Assembly: GCA_015680685.1 (NCBI GenBank)
Contig: MNCI01003467.1
Span: 964,731 to 1,028,730, forward strand
Direction: 5' to 3'
Origin: Gnetum montanum
Lineage: Eukaryota > Plantae > Gnetophyta
Length of the DNA: 64,000 bases
Position 1 is the stretch's first letter; each line of letters begins with the position of its first letter. This document shows, piece after piece, positions 50,445 through 60,297 of this stretch. The notes beneath the pieces are model-generated. The model worked only from the letters and a program-made list of their open reading frames with translations, was not told the DNA's origin and did not search any database. Position numbers and translations under genes: made by a program.

Positions 50445-53164
50445 ATGAAGATTTTCAGTTGGAATTGTAGGGGGTAGGGTACCCCCTATAAACGAAATAC
50501 CCTGCACCGTATTGTCAAAGAGGAGGATTGTGATATGGTCTGCCTCTAGGAAACCAAGCTGCAGGCAGCGGAATCTGGTCACCTCCAGTGGACGGGCTGG
50601 ACCACCTACCTACACCCTAGCTAGGGACGGGCCGGAGGCCTGGCCATTCTTGCACGCCCCACCACCACTCTAGTGGATGCCTCCCTATGGACCATCACGG
50701 TCCACGTCCCTGCCCATGGTTTTTGGCTAACCAACTTCTATGGGGTGCAAGCTTGGGAATCATGGCTTCATGAGTTGAATCGGGTGGCCTTGCTGGTGCC
50801 TGATCACAGCTCCTGGGTGGTTGTTGGTGACTTCAACAAGCGTATGTACCCTTGGGAGAAATTGGGGGGGGGCCGCCCCACCCCTCCTGGCATGCCAGAG
50901 TTCATGGAGTTCCTTGAGCGCTCTTCTCTCGTTGATTTACCCATTGCGAACTGCCGGTTCACTTGGAGCAATCGACAGAAAGGGGTGCACCGTGTCCTCT
51001 CCCGCATTGATCGAGTTTGCGTTAGCTCTGCTCTCCTCCTCAGCACTGCTATCAACGTGACCGGGCAGGAGTGGGCTACTTCTGACCACTGCTCGCTGGT
51101 CGTGTCCATTGGTCCACCTCAACCCTGGGCCCCACGCGCATTTTGGTTTGAGACCACATGGCTGACCAAACCGTGGCTTCGCCCCCTGGTGGAGGACATC
51201 TGGGCCGATTACCAGCTGGGTCGGATGGATCCTTGGAGCTTCCTCAAAGATGCTTTCCTTCAGCTCAAGTGGGCCATTCGGGCCCTCTCGGTGGAGGAGA
51301 AGTTTTCGTTTCATACTAGCCACAAGATGGTTCGGGAGTGGCTCGGACACATCAAGGCGCGATAAGAGACTGGGAGGACATGTACTTGGAGGAGATGCAT
51401 CTTCTCCATCAACTCTAGAGTCTAGATCATGAGGAGGAGACCTATTGGCGGTAGTGATCCCAGATTAGATGGCTCTGCGAGGGGGACCGACATACGAAAT
51501 TCTTCTTCGCCATGGCTAAGACGCGTGGCGAAGCCCACATCCGCGGCCTCCGTACTCAGGCTGGGGTGGTGGTTGAAGATCCACAGGAGATTGCCAACAA
51601 GCTCTCACATTATTGGGGACGCATTTGGACCAAGCACCCCACCCAGCCCATCTCCGTCCATGTGGCCAAGGTGCTCACGGCTGTGGACAATCAACTTCTT
51701 CTGGCCCCCTTCTCAGCGACAGAATTGACTAACACCATCAACAACATGCCGGGCGGTAAAGCGCCTGGACCAGACGGTTGGTCACTGGAGTTCTTCAGAG
51801 CTTTCTTGGATTTTGTGGGGCCCAATCTTCTAGATGCTTTCAACGTCATGCTGGCCAGACGACAGGTACGGTGTGAACTCAACTGCTCGCGCATCATCTG
51901 CATCCCAAAACAATTAAATGCACACCACCCAGAGCACTTTTGTCCCATTGGTGTGTGTAATGTTCTCATTCGTGTCTTCTCCAAACTCCTGGTCAATCGT
52001 CTGGGACCCCTCTTGCCTAAGTTGGTTGGACGCAATCAGGCGAGCTTTGTTCATGGTAGGACCCTTCAGGATCAGGTTCTTCTTATGCAAGAGGTCCTTC
52101 ATTCCCTCCGTACTATGGGGTTGCCTGGTCTATGTCTCAAACTAGACATAGCTCAGGCATATGATATGCTTAGTTGGGACGCCCTACATGACATCATGCA
52201 TAAGAAAGGCTTTGACCCTGATTTTATCTAATTATGTCTGCATATCTAGTCCTCCGCAGGTTTCTCTTTTGATGTGGGTGGGCGGTTGTGGGGATTTTCC
52301 TCCCCTAGTTGTGGACTGAGGCAAGGCGACCCCCTGTCCCCCTTGCTGTTCATCATTGCCATGGACCTCATGCAATTTTATTGCAGTACTTCGGGGGTGG
52401 AGGGCCTGGACATTGCGGGGGTGGCTTACCGTGTTGAACACTATGTCGACGATAACATGCTTCTCAGCCGGGCGGCTGCCCCTCAGGCACGGTGTATCAA
52501 CCTGGCCCTGACCAGATTGGCTGCCAAATTAGGATTGGAAATCAACCGCACAAAGTTAGCGGCGTACGTCATCAATGTGGACCCGCAGGTGCAGCACCGG
52601 GTTACACAAATCATGAACATTCAGTCTAGCAAACTCACCGATACCTACCTTGGTATCTCGCTGTTCCATTGGGGATGGAACAACACTTGGACTCCCCTCC
52701 TGGCCAAACTCAAGAAGCGCATATACCACTAGGCAAATCTTTTTCTTACCCGCAAGGGTCGCCTCCTCATGGCTATCGAAATCCTCGTGGCCACTGCGTG
52801 CTTTGTGGTGGTGGTCGCCGTGCCCTCCTCGTCCATAATTCACCAAATCAACGCCATGATCAGCAGCTTCATTTGACGGGGGGCAAAGGGGGGAGCAAGC
52901 TTCACCTTGTAAACTGGCACCATGTCGCCCATCCTCGATAGGCGGGAGGCTTGGGTGTGACGACTTTCGAAGATGAATGCACGATGGAACAACAACGGCT
53001 CATCTACCGGTTGACACGTGCGCTGGGAGAGCGCAGCTAGTGGGCCCGCATCACCCGTAGGAAATACATGCCTTGACAGCCTAGACTACATGCTTCGTAC
53101 CCTTGGTAGACCATCTGTCGGCACGTGCGGGAGATGTTGTGCCTGGGCTGGATCCACCTCGAGC
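50445..53164 (+). pseudogene. LINE ORF2: APE endonuclease plus reverse transcriptase, several stops
   Basis: MKIFSWNCRG, CL*ETK, VGDFN, FTWSN, SRIDR, SDH (APE); KAPGPDG, KLDIAQAYD, GLRQGDPLSPLLF, HYVDD, YLGISL, HLVNWHHVAHPR*AGGLG. Confidence 0.95.
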
Positions 53165-53300
53165 NNNNNNNNNNNNNNNNNNNNNNNNNNNNNNNNNNNN
53201 NNNNNNNNNNNNNNNNNNNNNNNNNNNNNNNNNNNNNNNNNNNNNNNNNNNNNNNNNNNNNNNNNNNNNNNNNNNNNNNNNNNNNNNNNNNNNNNNNNNN

Positions 53301-54708
53301 CTTATCCTGCGGACCTGCAGAGCGTGGAACGAGCTTGTGGACACCATGGAAACGACGCCGACGTACAAACCTGACTGCGCCATCTACCGGGATGACGCGG
53401 AACTCTGGCAGATAGTCTGCCAGTGCGGCTGGGCCGACCTACTGCAAAGGTTGGTCGGGGACCCTGACCTTCCTGACAACACGTTCTTTACTAATTGGCA
53501 CGGTGATCAAACTTTCTTTCATGGCCGTACAATTCGGCTCACGGAAGCTGCCCTGGCCAACTATTTGGGGGTCCCGACCGCTGGTGAGGTCATCCTGCCG
53601 ACCTCCCGCGGCCTCCAGAACTCTGCAACCTTTTTCAAGGGGCTAACCCTGAGAACATAGAGCCGCCAGGTCCCTCGGTCTTCTCTCCCGTGCCTCTGGG
53701 CTCATGCCTCCGCCTTGGTGGAATGTTTTTTCATCTAGTTCGGCAACGTGTCCAAGCTCCAGGGGTTGCATTTCACCTTCTTGAGGTGCTTGAAGGATGG
53801 CACCTAGGTTAACCTGCTGCGGTTCTTCCTTGAGACCCTCCGCCGTAAACACTGTGGGCACCACTCGGGGTTAATTTTGGCTTTGTGGCGGGGGGCGGGG
53901 GGGAAGGGGGCTCCTGGCCCATCCTCTGCCCCCCCTGGGGGTCGCCTCGCTGATGCCCCCCCACCACCCCGATTTGCCCCACCCCGGCCACTCAGCAGCG
54001 GTAGACCACTTTGAACCTCACCTGGGGAAGCCACTCTCGTCGAAATCCCCCCCCATTGCCTGACCCCCCCAGCACCCCCCGAAATTGGGAGGCAGAAATG
54101 CAACATGCGGTTGCTGCTTCTCGGGAGGCCGAGCAACAGATTTCGGAGGCAAAGTGGACCGAGACCCTGGCTTAGTGGTGTGCCGACCACGACGCCTAGC
54201 TTCGTGAATCGGCACAACAGCTGAGCCGGTAGCACACGCTCATGATGGAGACCTCACAGGCCCAGATCATTGATGAGCTCCGGGACCGAATCAGGGAGGA
54301 GCTACGCTAGGAAGAGGTGGATCGTCAGGCCGAGGAGGCAGTGGCCTGGGAGGAGTAGGAGCACCTGAGGGAGGAGGAGGAGCAACGGCAACGACAACTT
54401 GACCGGGCACACGTTCACAGTGCCCGTCAATGGCTCAAGGGGGGGGCCGTTGCTGATATAGCATTTTTGGTATTAGTTGTGAGAGCTCCTGGGGAGAGCT
54501 CAGACGACACATCAGATGCACGTCCGCTAGATTCCACCCTGATGCGGGGGACTCGTTGGCTGACCGGAGCAGTAGAGAGGCTACTATGTAGGGCATCCAA
54601 CAAGCCGTGAACTTCATGGACACCGAGGAGCATCGTGCCACACTGGACCTGCTTCATGAGCTAGAACGGCCTCTTTGTGCTTGTCGCCTTCTGCCAACTT
54701 GCCCCTAA
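53301..54708 (+). pseudogene. LINE-borne extra ORF: Transposase_32/ATHILA-like domain, Pro-rich linker, coiled coil, C-terminal J-domain
   Basis: Readable through premature stops (mostly TAG) and two frameshifts at homopolymer runs: FFTNWHGDQTFFHGRTIRLTEAALANYLGVPTAG; VNLLRFFLETL...SGLILALW; E/R/Q-rich helix; YSIFGISCESSWGELRRHIRCTSARFHPD...GIQQAVNFMDTEEHRATLD. Confidence 0.7.
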
Positions 54709-57469
54709 AGGCCCCCCCCCCCTTATTTGACACTGCCCCCCCTCCTTTGTTTGTTTGTTGGGGTTGCNTGGAGTCCTCCGTACTTTGAAATTTGTGTTTT
54801 TCCGGGCCCCCCCGTCAGAGTGGGCCATCCCTGATGTTCCCACCATTGTAATTGTTTACTCGTGTACCATAACTTTTAGTAATACAAACCCGAACATTCT
54901 CTCAAAAAAAAAGAACATTAAGATAAGTATCTTAAGATGTGATGGTAGTGGAGAATATGTTTTAAATGAGTTCAATAGTATTTTGGTAAGAGAGGTATGA
55001 AATAAGAATTGATAATGCCATATACACTAAAGTAGAATGTAGTTCTAGAAAGGAAAAATAGACAAATAACCAAGAAGATATGAAGCATGTTGAATGATGA
55101 TTAAGTATCAAAATCATTATGGATAGAAGTCACATATTATGTTATTTACATTATTAACATAATTATAATTGCAAGTTTGAATGACATTCATCCAACTAAA
55201 CAATGACCCAATAGTAGGGAATTGTTAATATCACATTTTCATCCATTTGGAAAAACTTGCTATGTTCATGTTTCACAAGCATACCATCAAAAGTTGGACC
55301 CCAAAGCCATGGTGGTTTTGCTACTTCATTATTCATTAGACAAAAAATCTTATGATTATGGAGCATAAAGAATCATAGGTTTCTAGAGTCACATGATGTC
55401 TTGTTTGATAACATCTTTAACAAATTCAATAACATTATGAGTCATGATGTAGCTAATAATGCCATAGTGATCTCCAACAAAGCTAATACTAAATTACAAC
55501 CTTTTATGATCCTTTATAAAGATAGTGATGAATAATTTGGTACAACTAAGGCTTCTAATTCCATAGAGTCATTTATAAGAATTAATATTGGTAGAGTTGG
55601 AACATAACAATGAAATGCCAATGAATTTATTATGAAATTAAAAAAATTTTGTAATAAAAAATTATTCTAATACAACTAAGTCAAATATGATACTTGAAGC
55701 AAGATAACCCATAATTATGTAACAAATAATGTAAAATAAAGTTTGGTATGTAGTAATGAAGGTAGAATACCATATGTTGATAAAGAATAACACATGGGAA
55801 CTAGTTAAAGGTTAACCACAATCCAAATTATTAAGATGTAAATTGATGTTTCATGATAAAAGAAAGGTTGATAATGTGGTGGATAACTATAAAAATTGTT
55901 TGGTTGTAAGAGGCTTTGATCAAAGAAAAGAAATTAATTTTCAAGCCTTTGCACCCACCATGAAACAAAGAACCATACAGTGTATCTTGTCTCTAGTAGC
56001 ATCCTATAGTTTGAAATTATATTAGATTGATGAAAAATATATCATTTGAAATGGAAATCCATAAGAAGAAATTTTTATATACTAGCCTAAATTCTTTGTG
56101 AATTCTAAGTTTAGTGATTATGTCTATAGACTAAAAAATTCCTTCTATGGATTAAAGCAAGCTTCCCATAAATGGTACATAAACTTTAGTGAATTTGTAC
56201 ATGAAATGAGGTTCAAATGATCAAATGCATATGTCAATATTTATGTTATGAAAAAAAATGACTCATGGAGTGGTATAATTATTCTTTTATATGTTTATGA
56301 TAGTGCAATCATAAGCAAGAATGCTCAATTGATAAATTGTAATAAAAATTAGCTTTGAAATATTAGATCTTAGCCTACTAAAATACTTTCTTGGTTGTTA
56401 GATTCATTAGTCAATGGGACATATGAAAGTTGAACAAAATCAATATGTTTTGGATTTGTTAGAAGAATATTGTATGCTAGACTATAAATCTTAATCAACA
56501 CCAGTAGATTCTAGTGTTGTAGCATGGGTAGATGACTCTAAATCTATTATGGATTCCACTATCTATGAAAATTTGTTTGAAAAGTTAATCTAACTAATAC
56601 TTGACCAAATACTACATATTATGTTAATATTTGATCTTATTTTACTAAATAACTAACTAGTATACAACTCAATTTGACCTAGGGTATATTAAGATATCTA
56701 AGGGACACAATAGATTATGGTTTAAACTATGATTATTCTTCAAGGATTGATCTAGAAGGTTATATAGATGTGAACTACAGTGGTGATACTTCATCATAGT
56801 GTTCAATTATAGGATTTTTGATTAAACATAACATGAATACAATCTTGTGGTGGTCAACAAAATAGAAGGTAGTTTCCTTAGCTTCTACTAAATCAGAATA
56901 CAAGATTGTAAGTAACTTGGTTATCAAAATAAATGACTTCTAGTTATTTAAAGAAATCAAGAAGGATACTATATTGCTAATAACTATTTAGTACAATAAT
57001 TAAAGTGTCATAAACTTGATTAAAAATCCAATATTTTAGGAGAAAAACAAGAAAATTGGAATTGTAGTGCACTATATTCAACATACCTTTATAGATGGGT
57101 TCATCTTTCCTACCTATATTAACATCAAGAATCAACTTGTAGATGGATTTACTAGTTCATTGAGTGTTAACATTTTCAATACTTTTGTAAATGTATTAAA
57201 TCTTCAATTCTTGTAAGTTAAAACTTATGTTTCTTTTTATGGAAAGTGTTAAAGATATTATTTCTTATATCATGGTTCATGATGTTTTGTATTAACATTT
57301 TATTTACCTCATTATTTTCCACTATGATTATTATGTCTTGGCATTGTTACTGTATGCCATCATTGTGGTGTTATATAACTTTTTTTATCTAAATAAATTT
57401 TTTTTATTTTCTTATTAGTACTTGGTTATAACTATTACCAATGGTTATGATTGATCATTAGCTTCTTAT

Positions 57470-58620
57470 TTTTCAAAAATACATATTCCATTTTAGCCAA
57501 TAACATTTTCAGTTCAAGGGGCTATTGCTTGAAGTTCTTAGGAATTTCCAACTCTCCCCAATAGATATCATCATTTGTATCATCAAAGAGTTGGTGATGA
57601 ACTTGCTCACGTTTATCCATTCTCATGAAATATTCACATGTTATGCTCTCAACTGGTTCCATGCACAATGTGTTACTTTTTGAATTAGCAGTTAACCACT
57701 GGGTGCCCTTCTATTTTGTAGCTACTACATATAGACACCATTGAATTTCTATTTCTGGTGTACACTACTTGCATGTAGAGATAGATGATTGCTTTATGGC
57801 CCAAAGTTTCTACACATAATTGCACCCACTATCACTATACACGATGCATGGAACTCTCTTCTTCTCGATCTTTCTAAATGCATTAGCTTTAGATATTTTC
57901 AAAGAAAGATCTCTGATTCCCATTCTTGCATCTATAGTGCTCAGCCATGCTCTTTCCATGATGATTGGGAAGTTGCCTTTGTAGTTTTCTACTTTTATTA
58001 CTAGGAAGTTGGCAGGATAAGACCACCCATAGACATGATCACAATGTCTTCTACCAGTTCCAATGGAATAATGATGGACTAGTTTTCCAATTCCAATCTA
58101 ATGTTGCTCTTCTTAAGAGAAGGCAAGTTCTATGCAGTGTACATCTCATGAGAAATCAAATTAAAAGTAGAACCTGAATCAAGAAGATCCTTGCACAATT
58201 CATTCCCAACAATCTGCAAATAAATTAAAGGACTTCTAGGATTAGCTAACTTCCTTGGAAGGTTTCCTACATGGATCCAATCAAACATGGTGTGAGTAAA
58301 CATTATGGTATGGATCCTTGGTAGAGTTTGTTTTGAAGGGGGCCCAAAGAAATTGAATATGAAGGAAGAGTTAGAAGCAAGGTTGTCAACCATGAGTGTA
58401 GGTGAAGGCTTAGATGGACTATAGGATCAAAAGAAAGGTCTTTTCTTTGATCGGGCAATCGACCCCTTTGATTGATTATTGAGTTGCAAATTAATAGCCT
58501 CGTAGCATTGTGTTTTTATGGTTGAGTGGGAAGTTCATCCTACATTAGTGAAGTAGGTGGTAGTTGTGTAACTGAGGAAGGAGTGTGTGCAAGGATAGGA
58601 GAAGGATAAGGATAAGAGGT
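57470..58620 (-). pseudogene. Athila-like gag/protease fragment
   Basis: ORF 58130-58393 NLPRKLANPRSPLIYLQIVGNELCKDLLDSGSTFNLISHEMY is homologous to ~34900-35040 and ~9500-9650. Confidence 0.85.
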
Positions 58621-58621
58621 G

Positions 58622-59627
58622 TGTTGATGTCAACACTCCCATGCTCTCATGGGGCCATGATTATCAATGTCTCTATCTCTCTCTCTTAATCACCACAATA
58701 AAAATCATGCAAGTAGTGGACGTTTAAACTACTAAGCTACAATTATTGATAGTGGCGGTTACAATTATTAATGATGGAAGCTACAATTATTAATAGTGGC
58801 AGTTACAATTATTAATGATAGCAATTATAATTATTGATAGCGGTGGAACCAATTATTAATGGTGGCGAAACCAATTATTAATAATGGTGGTTACAGTCAT
58901 TAATGGTAGATGTTTCAGAAGTTATGGACATAGTGGTCACTTAAATTAGAGAATGTAGCCATCATTATGCAGGGTCACAACAACTATAAATTGGAGTTTA
59001 GAGAGGGGCTATTAGAGGTGGGAGAGGAGAGGTCCCAAAAATAGGCTCTAGCTATTAGTCTAAAGGGGCAGCTTCCTCTCCATTAAGAAATCGTTTCCTT
59101 CTTTTCTTTTTTTGGTCCAAGGCAGGAGCTAGTGGCTCAAAATTAGGATCCTTGTAGGTCTTCTTGGTGATGGCAGGAGCTTGTCACGGTGGTGTAGATG
59201 TGGGTGGACAATCTTCCTCTCTGCGATGATGCACAAAGGTGGCAAACAATGGCAGGCTTTGAAAATTACAGTTGCTGCCCTGTGCAGATTGTAGTGAGTA
59301 GTCTCTCTCTCTCTTTGTCTCTCTCTCCCTTTCTCATGGTGATCGCAGCCTTCCTACCCAACAGTGGATACCATCGACAGTCACAGACCAGCAACGTCAG
59401 CGGGATAAGGGAAAATTTAGTTCTTTTAATTACTTATTGTATTGAAGATAATTATTTAATTTAAATTCCATATTTATTTCTATCTTATTTACAAAAGTTC
59501 ATGGAGCCCTCTTCAGATGAGACTATTCCCAAGTTTTTGTACCCATACAGGAGGTGCCCTAGGCAATAGTCTCCTAAAACGAGTTTTCTTTCCCAGTGTT
59601 GGTGTGACCAAAATTTATACATCAACA
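58622..59627 (+). mobile_element. 5' LTR of Tat-like gypsy family B
   Basis: 9-bp terminal inverted repeat TGTTGATGT...ACATCAACA; TATA ctataaat at ~58984; followed by a PBS and gag. Confidence 0.8.
58737..58908 (+). repeat. 22-bp tandem repeat, 8 copies, in the LTR upstream of the TATA box
   Basis: Unit ttacaattattaatagtggcag-like, starting at 58737, 58759, 58781 ... 58891. Confidence 0.92.
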
Positions 59628-59633
59628 CATTTT

Positions 59634-59650
59634 TGGTGCTAAAAGGAGGG
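59634..59650 (+). promoter_or_regulatory. Primer-binding site complementary to plant tRNA-Asn(GUU) 3' end
   Basis: tggtgctaaaaggaggg versus TGGCGCTAGAAGGAGGG (15/17, both mismatches are transitions), just after the LTR end. Confidence 0.75.
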
Positions 59651-60297
59651 CCTTTCCCCAACCTTTTGTTTATCAACTTTTCTTGTTGTTTCTCTGACAT
59701 TTATTATTCCATTTTCTGAAATATTTATTTTCTATTCTTTTCTAGTCCCTATTTTTATTTTTTGAAAATTTCATTTTCCTTATTTCAAATTTTTTTATTT
59801 AAAATTTTCATTTTCAACCATTTTCTTAAAAAATATTTTTAAATAATTTTCGAGCCCTTTATTTCTTATTCTTAGAAGTTCATTTCTTGAAAACTTTTGG
59901 GTCTCATCACCCATTTTTCTTTAATCTTTTCCTTGTTATTTTTTTAAATCCTTGTTTCCAATCCCATTTTCGAATCTATTTTTTGGCAGTCCTTACCTTT
60001 GTCTTGGGTTAGGTAAGGTGGTTTTATTTGATTATGCAACTTTAAGTTTATCTTGAATTTTATGACTTTCCTTTTTAATTTTATAAGTATTGCAATTTTA
60101 TACATTTATTTTCTCTTTCCAAAAAATTATTATTTCAATATTTTCTTTTCTTTTATGAAATTTTATAGTTTTTGTATTTTATAGTTTTTTTATGAGTGAA
60201 CTTTCCTCTGCCCCTAGTCGACCAACTACATGTGATTTTACATTAAGGAAACAAAGAGCTTCACTTTTCGCATATTCCTAGGAGAACTCAGACTAGG

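Larger units (their letters stand above)
49468..54908 (+). mobile_element. 5'-truncated L1-clade LINE with an extra downstream ORF
   Basis: 15-bp TSD aaaagaacattaaga at both ends (49453-49467 / 54909-54923); short A tail; sharp rise in GC; splits copia integrase at KNIK|ISILRCDG. Contains two N gaps. Confidence 0.92.
43896..57460 (+). mobile_element. Degenerate Ty1/copia element interrupted by two solo LTRs and a LINE
   Basis: LTR homology ~43896-44110 vs 57247-57460 (aaagatatta...tagtacttggttataactattac); IHLDIC...YFITFINDFSQMT | KSQVMENFKNFK...KNIK | ISILRCDGSGEY...ERKNR (INT); LYGLKQA-like FYGLKQAS and LYVYD (RT); GYIDVNYSGD and VSLASTKSEY (RH); INT-RT-RH order. Confidence 0.9.

Noticed and set aside
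49596-54235. Many antisense or alternative-frame ORFs in the LINE
   Set aside because: Explained by high GC and N runs; the motif-bearing frames are the plus-strand ORF1, ORF2 and ORF3.
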